A stretch of DNA of 64,000 nt, counting the filler, from Dimargaris cristalligena (lineage: Eukaryota): the NCBI GenBank assembly GCA_003614675.1. It is 7 parts of 7 records of this genome, joined end to end, with 100 filler letters (N's around TTAATTAATTAA, not from the genome) between each part and the next. Parts side by side here need not be neighbours in the genome. Positions count along the whole stretch, not along the records: positions 9,374 to 18,648 come from ML003274.1; positions 18,749 to 28,008 come from ML003275.1; 5 more parts are not named here. The stretch is one strand, 5' to 3'. Under the pieces are notes generated by a model. It worked only from the letters and a program-made list of their open reading frames with translations. It ran no database searches and was not told where the DNA came from. Positions within the stretch are counted from its first letter, which is position 1. Each line of letters opens with the position of its first letter. Shown here in pieces: positions 12,301-24,899 of the stretch. Made by a program: the position numbers and the translations under genes.

Positions 12301-15300
12301 CTGGGCGGCAGAAGTTTCTTCGACAATTTCAGTAGCTCGAGCAATCTTGGCCTCAACAGCCTCAGATGGGGTAGCCTCGGTGTCGACTTCTTCGGCAGCA
12401 GAAACCTCTGCGTGTAAAACTTCAGCAGGAGCGGATTCTTCCACGACTTCGACGGCGGAATCGGTTTGGGCCTCGACGGATTCATCGGTGGTAGCGCCAG
12501 CTTCGACCTCCTCGACGACAAGAGATTCTTCCTCGACTTCGGCAGCGGTAGTAGAATCAGCACTAGCGGCTTCAACAGTGGCAACCTCGGCCTCTTCTTC
12601 ACCGGCACCAGCGGATTCGTCGACAGCATTAGCAACAGCCATTTCTGGCTCTTGCACTTCGACAGCTTCAACCTCGGCTGTCACTTCATCCGCAACAGTA
12701 GAATCGTCGACGACCTCCTCGACTGGAGCAGCCTCGGTCTCGATAACTTCAGCGACAGCGACTTCAGGATCATGCACCTCGACCTCGACTTTTTCAGCGG
12801 GAACAGGTTCGTCCATGTTTTCGGCGGCAGTATCGGCCTGGGTCTCATCGGATTCATTGTCGGCAACGTTGGCTTCGGCTTCGACTTCGGCAGTGATAGC
12901 AGAATCAGCCTCAACGGCTGCAGCAGTGGCAACCCCGGCTTCATCTCCACCGGCACTGGCGGACTCTTCGACAACTTCGATGGCGGGATCGGTTTCAACC
13001 TCAACTATCTCATCGGCAAGGGTTTCTTCAACGACTTTGGCAGAGGGAACGGTATCGGTCTCGACGACTTCAGCTGTGGGAGCTGTCCCGGCTTCCACAA
13101 CTTCAGAATCTGGCACTTCGGTAGCGATTATCTCAGACTCCACTACTTCAGCTACGGCAGAGTCTTGTTCAACTTCAGCGGTGGGTGCGATAGCAGCCTC
13201 GACGACTTTGGGAACAATAGACTCGGGCTCTTGCTCATCAGCAGTAGTTACCTCGGCCTCGGCAATATCAGCGGGAGCAGATTCATCCACGAATTCGTCA
13301 ATTGGAGCAGCCTCAGTCTGATGCACCTCGACAGCAGATTCGTCCACGACATCTGCAGCAGCAACAACTTCATCGGTGGGTTCGGATTCGTCCACGTCTT
13401 CAGCGGTGATATCCGCTTGAACCTCCACGGCTTCATTGTTGGCAACTTCAGCCTCGACTTCCCCGGTGGCAGGGAATTCTTCTACGGTCTCATCGATGGG
13501 AGCAGTCGCAATTTCCACAACTTCGGTAGCGATGTCCTCGGGTACCTCCACTTCCTTAGCGGCTGCCGATTCTTCGACAATTTCATCGGCGAGAGCAGTA
13601 CTACCTTCGACACTTTCATTAGCAACAACCTCCGGCTCCGGAACCTCGGTGGAGACAACCTCGGCGTCGAGTTCTTGAGCGACCGCGGATTCTTCAACGA
13701 CATCAGCTGCCGGAGTAGTCTCGATCTCGGCAACCTCATCAACAACGACTTCGGGCTCTGGTACGTTGACTGCGGATTCTTCCTCAATGTCAGTGGTGGA
13801 GGCCGTAGCAACCTCGACTACTTCGGCAGCAATAGGCTCGGGCTCTTTCTCGTCGGAAACAGCAACTTCGGCCTCGACAATATCGGCGGGGCTGGATTCG
13901 TCTACGACTTCGGCGGTGCTATCGATGTGAGTCTCTACGGATTCACTGACAGCTACCTCAACTTCAACTTCCTCGACTTCGACAGCAGGAACGGTATCGG
14001 CCTCAACGGCATCGGTGTTAGCAACCTCTACCTCGTCATCACCAGCAACAGTGGACTTTTTGATGACTTCAGCAACAGCAATCTCTGGCTCTTGCACTTC
14101 AGTAGCTTCAACCTCGGCCTTCACTTCATCGGCGGCAGCCGATTCTTCAACAACGTCGGCAGGAGCAACCTCGGCCTCGAATTCTTCAGTGGGAGCAGTT
14201 GCAGCCTCGACAACAGCAATGTCGACCTCGACTTCTTCAGCGGCAACGGTCTGTTCGCCAACTTCAGTGGTGGGAAAGGCATCAGCCACATCAACTTCGG
14301 CGATGGCGATCTCAGCGTCGACTTCTTCAGTGGCAACGATTTCGCGCTCTTGCACTTCGTCAACAGAAGCGGTCTCAGTCTCGACAGCCTCGGTGGCAAT
14401 AACGTCGGCAGTGGTAGAATCTTCGACAACTTCAGCGGTGGTGGCGTCAGCCTGGACATCCTCAACGGGGAAGGTTTCAGCATCGACTTCCTCAGCAGAT
14501 ACAGATTCTGCAACAGCCTCATCGACTGGAGAGGTCTCAGTCGCGACTTCTTCGGCAGCGACAACGTCGGCTTCGACTAATTCAGTAACAGCAGCCTCTT
14601 CCTCAACTTCGGCGGGGGGAGCAACCTCAGCTCCAGTTTCCTCATCAGCAGCAGACTCCTCTACAACTTCGGCAACGGGAGTAGTCTCAGCTACCTCGAC
14701 GGTTTCGAAAGTGGCAACGTCGGCCTCAAAGGTAATTGTTTCTTCAATGGCCTCGTCTACGAAAGCGACATCAGCTTCAGCGGAATCAGTAATAGCAATT
14801 TCGTCTTTCACCACTTCAACTGCAGCCGATTCTCCATCAATTGTATCGATGGGAACTGTCTCGGCCTCAACGTTTTCAGTAGCATGATCCTCAGGCTGTT
14901 CCACTTCGGAAGCAACAGATTCCTCGGCAACTTCAGTTGCGGGAGCAGCCTCAGCCTCGACGGATTCGCTGGCTATTACTTCCGTCACTTGAACATCGGC
15001 GGCATCATCCTCAGCCATAACGAATTCTGGTTCCTGCACTTCGGCAGTAGAGGCGATGACATCGACTTCCTCAGAGGCAGGGGATTCCGCCACAATTTCA
15101 ACCGTGACATCCTCAGCCTCCACCTCTTCAGCAGATGCGGATTCTCCAATGACTTCGGCGACGAGATCGGTTTCAGCGTCGACTATTTCAGTGGCAGTAA
15201 CCTCTAACTCCACTTCTTCAACAGGGGAAGCGTCGGCCTCGACAATGTTGGCGGTAGAGACTTCAGATTCTAGCTCATCGGCGGCTGCAATCTCGATATC

Positions 15301-18300
15301 ATCAACAACAGCGATAACGGACTCCTCAGTTACATCAAGGGCAGGAGCGGCGTCGGCTTCGATCACGTCATCAGCAATAACCCCGGCCTTAACCTCCCTA
15401 GCGGCAGAGGATTCTTCCACGGCTTCCTCGATGGGCGCGGTGTCTGATTCGACAACTTCGTCGGCAGAAACAGACTCGGCCTCGTCGGTTTCAGAAGCAC
15501 TAACCTCGGGTTCATGCACGTCGGCAGCGGATTCTTCAATGGTATCGGTGAGGAGAGTGGTGTCAACCTCGACTGCTTCGCTAGTAACAACCACGGGCTC
15601 AGGTTCATCGGCGGCGGATCCCTCAACAATCTCAGTGGTGGGAGCGGCGTCGCCTTCGGGCGCTAGCACTTCGACAGCGGCAACACCGTCCTCGATTTCC
15701 TCGGCGGAAACGGATTTTTCGACAGCATCAGTTGAGGGAGCAGACTCGGCCTCTTCGGCTTCGACAGTGACAGTTTCTTCGAAAACTTCGACCGCGGAAA
15801 CCTCGGCCTCAACTTCTTCAGCGGCAACAGATTTTTCCTCGGCTTCAGCGGAGGGACCAACATCAGTCTCGACAACTACAGCGGTAGCAACATCAGCCTT
15901 AGCATCTTCGACAGCAGCAGATTCGTCAACAGCTTCATAAGTCGTGACATCGGGGACTGGCACTTCGGCAGCGGCAGCGTCAGTCTGGATGGCCTCAGTA
16001 GGGACGGACTCTTCCACGATTGCAGCAGCAACAACCTCGGGTTCTTGCACTTCGGTGGCGGCAACTTCAGTGTCTGGAGTAGTCTCATCCTCGAAGGCTT
16101 CCACACTGGCAGATTCTACAACAACATCTTCAGCGGGAGCAGTCTCGGCTTCCGTATCTTCAGGGGTAGCAGACTCTTCGAAAACCTCGTCGGCGATTGC
16201 AGATATTTCTGCTGCTTCTTCCGAAAGGGCGGGCTCGTCCTCGATGGCATTATCAGCAATGACCTCGACCTCAACATTCTCAGTAGTAACGGATTCTACA
16301 AAGGCTTCAGTGACAGCGATCTCTGGCTCCTGTACCTCGGTAGCGTCATCCTCGGCTTGTACTTCTTCAGCGGCAAAGGATTCTTCGACGACATCAACAA
16401 CGACCTCGGGTTTTTTCACCTCGGGAGCAGTTTCTTCCACGAGTTCAGCGGCGGGGGCGGTATCGGCTTCGGGGGCTTGCTCATCGGCAACAGCAACTTC
16501 GGTTACGGCGTCCTCAGCGGCAGGAGATTCGTCCACGGCTTCAATGGTGGGGACAACTTCCGTCTCAATGGCTTCGGCAGTGACAACCTCGGCCTCCTCA
16601 GAAGCAGCGGGTTCTTCCACGATCTCATCGATCGGAGAAGCTTCCATTTCATCAACTTTGGTAGCGACAACCTCGGGCACCTCCACTTCATCGGCAGCAG
16701 CCGATTCTTTGGTGACTTCGGCGGAAGGAGTGTCCTCAACCTCAACTGCTTCAGCAATAATAGACTCTTCGGCAACTTCTTCGATGGGAGTGGCCTCGGC
16801 CTCAACAATTTCAGCGACAACAGCCTCCGGCTCAGGAACATCGACGGTGGCAACCTCAGCAGACACTTCATGAGCGGTAACGGATTCTTCGACGACTTCG
16901 CCAACAACCGCCTCGGGTTCTTGCTCATCGACAGCAGTAACCTCGATCTCGGCCTCTTCTGTGGCAGGTGATTCTTCGATGACCTCCTCAGTGGCAGCTA
17001 ATTCTTCCACCGCATCGTCAGCGGGAGCGACATCAGCCTCGGCAACCACGGTGGCGTCAACCTTGACCACAACCACCTCTGACACAGCGGACTCTTCAGC
17101 AACTTCTCCTGCAGGGCTGGTCTCAGCCTGGACGACTTCAGCAAGGACCGCAACCTCGGGAAGTTCGACAGCGTCAGTCTCTGTCTCCAATTCATCGGCG
17201 ATAGCGGATTCTTCCACGGCTTCAACAACGGGAGCAGTCTCGGCTTCCAAGACTTCGGGGACAGTATCAGCCTCTGCCTCGATAGATTCAGGGGCAACAA
17301 CCTCGGCCTCATCTTCTTCAGTGGGGGCGGGTCCTCCTACGACATCGGCGGCGGCAACATCAACCTGTACAGCAATCGACTTTTCAATGACTTCATCAAC
17401 AGGAGCGACATCCGCCATGACTATTTCGGCAGCAATAACCACGGGCTCTTGTTTATCGGCTACGGCCTCTTCCACAGTTTCAGCAACGGTAGCAGCTTCG
17501 ACTTCGGGCTCTTGGACCTCAACATCAGCAATGGCAACTTGGGCATCGACCTTATCAGCAATACCGGACCCTTCGACATCTTCAGTGGCTGGAGAAGCCT
17601 CAGACTCGATGACTTCAACGGCAGCGGATTCTTCCGCTACTGCGGCGGCGGGGGCAGCATCGGCTTCGACGGATTCAGAGGCGGTAATCTCGGCCTCGAC
17701 TTCCGCGACGGTAGGAGTTTCTTCCATGACTTCGTCGACAGTAGAAACATCAACCTCGGGCTCTTGTACTTCGGTGGTGACTACTTCAGTCTCGATTACC
17801 TCGGCAGCCATGGGTTTCTCGACATCATCTTCGGCGGGGACAGCCTCGGCCTCGACAACTTCAGCAGCGGTGATCTCGGCCTTGTCGACTTCAGCAGCGA
17901 TACCCTCAGCCTCAACTTCGTTAGAAACAGAGGATTCGTCAATGACTTCAGCGGCCGGGGAAGATTCAGCCTCAACGACTTCAATGGCGGCAACCTCGGG
18001 CTCAGACACTTCGGCAGCGGCAGCAGATTCCTCCACAATAACGTCCGTGGGGGCGATCTCAACATCGACGACTTCAGCAGCAGCGGGTTCTTCTACGACT
18101 TCGTCAATGGGGGTGGCCTCAGCCTCAACACCCTCAGTAGAAATGACTTCCGGCTCTTCGACATGAGCGACGGCAACCTCGCCCTCAGTTCCTTCAGTGG
18201 CGGCAGATTCTTCGACAATTTCGGCACTACGAGTACCCTCAGTTTCCACGACTTCGTCAATGGGAGAAGGCTCAGCCTCAGCAGTTTCAGTGGTGGCAAC

Positions 18301-18639
18301 TTCCACCTCGACTTCTTCAGTGACATCGGATTCTTCAGAAGCTTCAGGGACAGGAGACGTTTCAACCTCGACCTCGGCGGCCGAAGATTCCTCGACAATT
18401 TCATCGACAACAGAAGTCTCGGATTCCACAATTTCAGCAGAAATGGCCTCGGGTTCTTGCTCTTCGGTAGTCGCAACTTCGGCCTCAACTTCCTCCACAA
18501 TAGCGGACTCTTCCACGACTTCGGCGGCGGGGATCGACTCGGCTTCAACAACCTCAGTATTCACGACCTCCAGCTCTTGAACCTCGGTAGTGGTAACCTC
18601 GGTCTCGATTTCGATAGCCGCGGCAGACTCTTCAATGTC
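9374..18639 (-). CDS. Giant acidic Glu/Ala/Val/Thr-rich degenerate-repeat protein (>3080 aa, partial; fills the whole contig)
   Basis: Uninterrupted frame of about 9.27 kb running off the left contig end. No start Met: an in-frame TAA at 18640-18642 lies 6 nt from the contig edge (possible intron end or edge error). Degenerate ~10-aa units such as AEVVEESAAA, TEVQEPEVIA, EAETSPVDE. Confidence 0.9.
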
Positions 18640-18648
18640 TTAATAGTG

Positions 18649-18748
18649 NNNNNNNNNNNNNNNNNNNNNNNNNNNNNNNNNNNNNNNNNNNNTTAATTAA
18701 TTAANNNNNNNNNNNNNNNNNNNNNNNNNNNNNNNNNNNNNNNNNNNN
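18649..18748. other. Artificial contig linker
   Basis: N44-TTAATTAATTAA-N44. Confidence 0.99.
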
Positions 18749-19800
18749 GTAATTAATAATAGTAGAGGTAGAAGCGGTGGGATTGCTAGTAAACTAAGGA
18801 GACAATGGTGCCCTACCTGAGCACCCTTTATATAGTCGGTTTGTCAGCTACTGCGGGTCTGTTAATAAATGCATGGTGCATATATGGTGGTCCCCGCTGA
18901 GTAAGGATCAATAGGGTATCCCATAGTGGAAGAATTGTCAGCGCATGGGTCTACTATATTTCGTGGATAGGGCTGTCCTCATCAACGGCTGGGGTATCTG
19001 GATTACCTAGTCTCTGGTTATCTAGGTCTCTATACATATTCTCCCCTAGTTGAGGTGTTGCCGTAGCATTATTGAGAGCATTGGCCTCATCCACTGGGGT
19101 AGATGCAACAGGAACACTGATGGTAATTGGCCCTGCTGACCATTGGTATCCCACGCTATATGATAAAGTCAGGGCACTCCAGAAAATATGTACTGCATAA
19201 TTAGCAGCCTTAACCACCCTGGTTAAGTATGATAGGCTTATTCACACAGTTGGATAGCCAATATGTCTGAAGGCATAGTCATAAACCGCCATGAATATAT
19301 TGCACTGAGACCCCAATGCTTGTGGTATTTAATATATTGTTAGAATAGCGAATGGTATGAGTGTTTTGTTAGAAAGAGGAACTGGTGGTAAAAGCCTTAA
19401 TGATAGCAATATGAGCTCTAGTAAACTAAAGGATCAGGGTGTGTCACCCATACACTTTTATATGACCTATAACTAACACCTAAAGGCATTGAGAGGGACA
19501 GGAAAAACTACATCAAACTTCTAAGACCAATGTATGTATGAGCTGGTCATTAACTGGCTATAGTGTTGTAGAAGTTTTTAGCAAGGAGTCCCTGGTCAGG
19601 TCAAGGGTGACTGTAAGACACTCTGGTTATCTGGCATAGTGACCTGGGCTATAGTCCCATCTGTGCCGGTGGGCTCTAATGGAGCTGGGTCACTTTGGTG
19701 ACTGGAGTTAGGCCCAGCCATGGCTGTGGGTGCAACAATATGATCTATTGCATTGCAAATGCGCAATTTCAAATAGTTATATTTCTTGATGTTCATACTC
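18749..19800 (-). repeat. Degenerate ~0.6-kb tandem unit (TATA module + short ORF), about two copies
   Basis: CTAGTAAACTAA at 18786 and 19418, each ~40 bp from a TTTATA (minus-strand TATA). CTCTGGTTATCT at 19012 and 19621. Confidence 0.65.
18954..19292 (-). pseudogene. Short ORF (112 codons) of the 0.6-kb unit, interrupted by an in-frame TGA
   Basis: ATG at 19292: MAVYDYAFRHIGYPTV*ISLSYLTRVVKAANYAVHIFWSALTL... The TGA at 19242-19244 is compatible with CGA>TGA in a CpG-poor region. Confidence 0.45.
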
Positions 19801-20654
19801 ACCCCTTGCCCTGAACTCTTTTGGGTTATGCAAATTAATAAACCATTTTAGCTAGGGGCCAATTCAATAATGAATATTCACTAAATCATTCTTGACAAAC
19901 AATTTCACCAATGGTCAATGATGAACAATTGTTGTAAGATTTCCCATCTCATTTTTCCATTCAGTGAGTTATATGATACTTGCCTTTGTGCACTTAGATT
20001 AACTGGCTATAAAATGTGCATTTAATGTAAAATATTTTCATTTCATTTCATTTTCAAAAATGCCATACTCTGGTAGCTAATATATCAACAATTGTTATGA
20101 CCAGGGACATATTTTTGGTTCAATAATAGTTTAGAATTCTGATATTTGAACAGTATGTGCATGGGATGAATAAGGTCAAAAATGAATTCCAGTTGACCAG
20201 GGCTAAGTCTGTCTTATCAAAAAATATAAAAGTATGGCCATATATTGGAGTTTTTAATCAATGTATCAGCCCTCCTAATCCAACTTAATCCAGACCTAAT
20301 GATTGCCTGTCCTTACTAGGCCTTATAGTGCCATATTAACCCTCCCATAATTACCCCCGGTACTATGGGGTCATCTTTTATTAAATAACCCCACCCATTC
20401 AACCCCAATGCTTTGCCCCCCAAATACTCAACTTGCTGATCCAAGACTCTTCCAGTTCCCATGAGAGTCTTCCTAATACAAAGTCATCCGGTCAGATTCT
20501 TTACCTATCCACACCTTAGCCTTAGTAGTATTTCCCTTGGGACCTCCCTCTGGAGCTGTCTCCGCATATATATAACTAGGCCCCACTGGGACTGGTTCAA
20601 TTCCTTAGCTTATTCATTTCCCCAGTTTACCTTAATAACCTCTATATATGCTCA

Positions 20655-20843
20655 TTCCACCTTATACTAACTAGTAGGTGTGCCTACTGCATGTCCCTGA
20701 CATTTACTTGTATTATCCTTATTGGTTAGTATTATGCCCCCCTCCTAATGCTAGTAGCCCACTTAGCTGAGCCTAAGCCCCACCTACTATTAGAAGCCTA
20801 TCCTCGAGACTCTTGATAGACTAAGAGTGGTTAACCTGGGTAA
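20655..20843 (+). repeat. Dispersed decayed repeat/gene relic, homologous (inverted) to 63703-63890
   Basis: Reverse complement of 20751-20843 matches 63703-63795 at 82/93 nt without gaps (hand alignment); weaker similarity extends ~95 nt further. Confidence 0.9.
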
Positions 20844-21902
20844 CATGTAGCAAACTCTTATATAGTTTTGATCATTAATGTGTCATTGTCTAGATTTACT
20901 TCAGACTTACCCTTTTTTCAGTAACAGATGGCTCTACTACCCTTGCTGCTACGATTTAAGCCAAGATCTATATGACTGATAAATTGCATAGTGAGATATT
21001 AATTGGTCCAACAGGGGTATACGCCTCCCAAAAGCCTGGAAATATTCACACAAACTGGCATATCTGCTGCTATTGTTGTTACTACGCCACCGGGGCCGCC
21101 ATGTACCAGCCCAATCACCCCTGTCAACGGACTCGTGACCAGGCCACCTCTAGCACCTACTCCTCCCTTGGCAACTATTGGGCCCTGGGCCACTACAGAG
21201 GGACGGCCTGAGACCGCTTTGTCAATTAACGGTGATATAATTAGTACTCCATTATAAAAGAGAATGGTTTCCTCACCCTGATATGGCTCCTTAGATGACT
21301 ACAACTCCATCCGCTTATTACTATCCTTATATGTTAGTCTACATTCATACTTCATCACTACTATTTATAAAAACACTCATCTATATTCTGATAGTAACAC
21401 TATCATAACCATCAGCTGATCTTATAGCTGTATTTTCAAAGCCAATATGTGACCATCCTACAGCTCTACATACTTGGTGCAATCGGTATTGCCAAACAAA
21501 TACCACAATAAATAAATGCGGAGAAAGGCCACACTCAAACAATTTGGGCATGAAGTACAACTATTACATTGGTTAAAACAATTTTATTGGTATAGCCGCA
21601 GTAATCTGTCATGTACAAAATTGAAAAAAATTACAGTAAAAATATAGAAGAATACGAAAGCATCAGCTTGTTCGACTTGTTACACTGGTTCATTCATATG
21701 GGAAAATAAGCAACAGGGGAAAGGTGCCACCATATCCCAGTTGGAATCAAGTTGGCCCAATACTCAGTAACCTTTTCGAATGTGATAATAGTCGAGTATC
21801 CTAGTTGAGACATAACTTAAATGTCCACGCGGTTCGGCCTATTTGGCGAGGGTCTGGAGCTCACCTACCCGTAAGTTAACAACCTGTTCTTGGTCGAGCA
21901 GT

Positions 21903-22691
21903 TTATTGGTACATCATGTCCATATTGTCGGCACTCGTGTCCACAGGGGTAGTTCCCACAAAGATGGGGTCGTCATTCTCAGTCGACAGAGTGGCATCAG
22001 TATTCTCAGCCGGCAGAGCGTCGCCGAAACAGGTCTCCATAATGTAGACGTGTTCACCCTTTTCGGCATCGAGGCTTAGGTAGCGTACTTCTTCGCCCTT
22101 GGCGCCGTCGGAGTAGTAGTTGAAGAAGGAAATTTGGGACTCCGTGGTTACTTTAATGGCAAAGGCACCGGTTTCGGTGGGCAACAGGGCGTATGTGGCC
22201 AACTGGGAACCGGCCGACGGCACGGGATTTTTAGTCAGAAGGTCGTTACTGTCCCCTTCGCTGACTTGTTCGAACGACTCCTTCAAGTCGCTGAGGGCTG
22301 TAGCATCGAATTCCTCGGGTGTGACACCGGTGGCGGTAGGGTCGGTCATAGCTTGACTCCCGGATTTGAACCTGCTCATGAACTTATTAGCCCCAAGACT
22401 AAACGCACGGCCCTTGGCCGAGAAACCCTCATTCTTCGCATTGTACAACAAATAACATTGCTCAGGCAGATTGGATTCGGGGTACTCGACAGTTGGTTCA
22501 CTGGAAAAACGACTGCTTAGCTTGCTCATTGGGTCTTTGAACCCGTTCTTAATCTTGTCAAAGAAGCCAGTATTGGCCTCCGTGTTGGAAGAGCTGTCGA
22601 CCTGTTGGGTCTGAAGATCGTCCGCATACTGTGGGAGGGCATGGGTACCAACCAAAGCCATAGCAATCAAGGCAGTGCACTGAACCTTCAT
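21903..22691 (-). CDS. Secreted hypothetical protein, 262 aa, intronless
   Basis: Signal peptide MKVQCTALIAMALVGTHA-LP; ACC-ATG context; C/G-ending codon bias like the housekeeping genes; pyrimidine-rich leader and TATAAATA near 22924-22931 on the minus strand. Confidence 0.85.
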   Translation of the reverse strand: MKVQCTALIAMALVGTHALPQYADDLQTQQVDSSSNTEANTGFFDKIKNGFKDPMSKLSSRFSSEPTVEYPESNLPEQCYLLYNAKNEGFSAKGRAFSLGANKFMSRFKSGSQAMTDPTATGVTPEEFDATALSDLKESFEQVSEGDSNDLLTKNPVPSAGSQLATYALLPTETGAFAIKVTTESQISFFNYYSDGAKGEEVRYLSLDAEKGEHVYIMETCFGDALPAENTDATLSTENDDPIFVGTTPVDTSADNMDMMYQ

Positions 22692-24899
22692 GGTAAATTA
22701 ATTAAACAAGAGGAGGGGACGGAAAAAATAAACGTTAGAGGAATATCGCTAAAGTACAGCTAAATAAAAGGAGGTTGTAAGAAAGGGAAGGTCAGTGTAA
22801 GAGAGGCCAAGGAAGGTAAGAGTAGAAAGCCACACGAGGGTCGTAATGGGTGAGATCAAAAGACAGAGAAGTGATGGTGAGAGGCTGATGATTTGAATAG
22901 CCAAGAGGCAGGGAGGGAACGGCTATTTATAATCGAATTGATGCGAAGTTCTGTACAGTGGTAATGGGTAGAATATGCCGGTACCAATCACTCGGCAGTT
23001 TACTAGAGAAACCGTAGTGTATGTTGGTTCGATGTAAGCATATGGGCAGGAAAATACATGGAGGCAAGCAAAAGCAGTATGAGGGATGCGTAGCCGAAGA
23101 GGGCCCAGCCCCAGTATAGGTGAAATGGATCGGGAACATTGTTATCCAAGCAATTATATGAATGAGTTGGCTCTTAGTGGACTCAACGAGAAACCCGTCG
23201 ACCAATAGAAGTGGCCTAAGCGGTACGAGGTTATAGAAATATGTAGAGGCTTGAATACAAACGAATCCCAAAGCAGTCGCAGAGTCGAGGGGCCGCATTG
23301 AAGTCGGGGACCCACCGGCGCAGGTCTCCATAGTAGCTTGGACAAAATGATTTATCCGGTCCCAGCCAGCCTACGATATCCGCCTTCTCCAATCCCGTCG
23401 TCATACGGGGAGGAGGCTCTCGTTCATTGAATGTATCGGTCCTCCGAGCAGCCCCTGCACTCCGTTAATTGGAATCCTTCCCTTCCCTCCCCTCGCCCCC
23501 TATGAACCGAATGGCTGCATCTGATTTAAAGGTTAAATAGGCGGGTAAACGGTTTAGCGGGACACAGGTGATTGGGATTGTAGAAGAATACGAATATTCT
23601 TCACAGAAAGCAGAATATGGGACCCCGATATTACTATTTTTAACATCCGGTTGACTTCGCCGGCATCATTTACTGACCATTGGGCTTCTTTGCCCAACAT
23701 TGTCCCGTGTCGTTTTTACGAGCTTCTCTATTGTTGAACTGTATTATCCACCCCGCTAGACTTGCAATCCTTCCTATGCGGGTTCCCTCTTTCTATAAGT
23801 TCTAAATATACATTAGCGGGCATTAGTTCGAAGAGGCTAACTGCCATCGGGATAATAGAAAACGAACTTTTAAACACAGAACAGAGTGGTGGTAAAAGAT
23901 GTAGCCAGTTGACTGGGCAAAAACTTAAATATGTAAGCATATATAACAGTAGAATATATACATTATTATTGCCTGTACGATAATTCCCCAACTAACTTTG
24001 ATACAAAATGAGGGGGACCAATGTATTAGTTGATGGGATTTGGGTATAAGAGAAAACGAATGAAAATGGGGGAAAGGAGAGAAAAGAGAAAGTAAAGGGT
24101 GGTCTGCAAGGCGGTGCGACCCTATTTTGGACTATTATTGTTGGTCAATAAAGGCGAAGCCCCTTCTGCAACGGACCACCGCCTCATTATTGCCTACTAT
24201 CCAGATAAAGGAAGGCAGGAAGTGGAGGAACATAAAAGACTATATCCTCGGGGATGCGGGTATAAACAGTACCTATATACAGCTACACTGAACATAATGC
24301 TGGCTAAGTGTATTATTTTGGCGTCCGAGACTCCCAGGACACAGGCTGCTGAAGAAAACATGCGCCTGGGGGGGTGAGAGGTTCCAAGGTTGTTACTGTA
24401 ATTGCGATTAGCCCAACCGTGGTAAATGGGTGGCCTGGGGTTTTAGATGCAGCCTCGTGGTGGTTGGTCTGCGGGTTTATAGGAACTGGCGAGTACTAGG
24501 CCGAACCTGGTTGAGCCGATCGGGACTCTAGATTGTATTGGAATAGCTGACCACCACTAGGTAAACGTATGCTAGTTTGGAGTATCTTGTCTGGGTCGAC
24601 CTGAGCGCTTTTGGACTGCTGCAGTCGGATGTAAATGAGAGAGATATTCATCTGAAATTAATGTCTAGTTAATTTCACCGTGGTATCTGCACATCATCCA
24701 CTTAAAAGCCCCAAAGATACCAGGGTGACTTCACAGAGAGCCACTTGGCATCTGAATGGTTGGGTTCTTTATAATATGGCATACACTGTGGTGAATAGGT
24801 TTAGAATATCGAGTACACCAGATCAACAATGTTTCTGGAGAGGCAATCTCATATATCCTTATATCAGCTGAGGGATCTAATATAAGGAATCCAATCAAT

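Noticed and set aside
9400-18696. Many long plus-strand ORFs (up to 704 aa, Ser/Thr-rich or Phe/Gly/Asp-rich) opposite the giant protein
   Set aside because: Expected shadow frames of a strongly GNN-biased repetitive coding strand; they mirror its composition and show no independent features.
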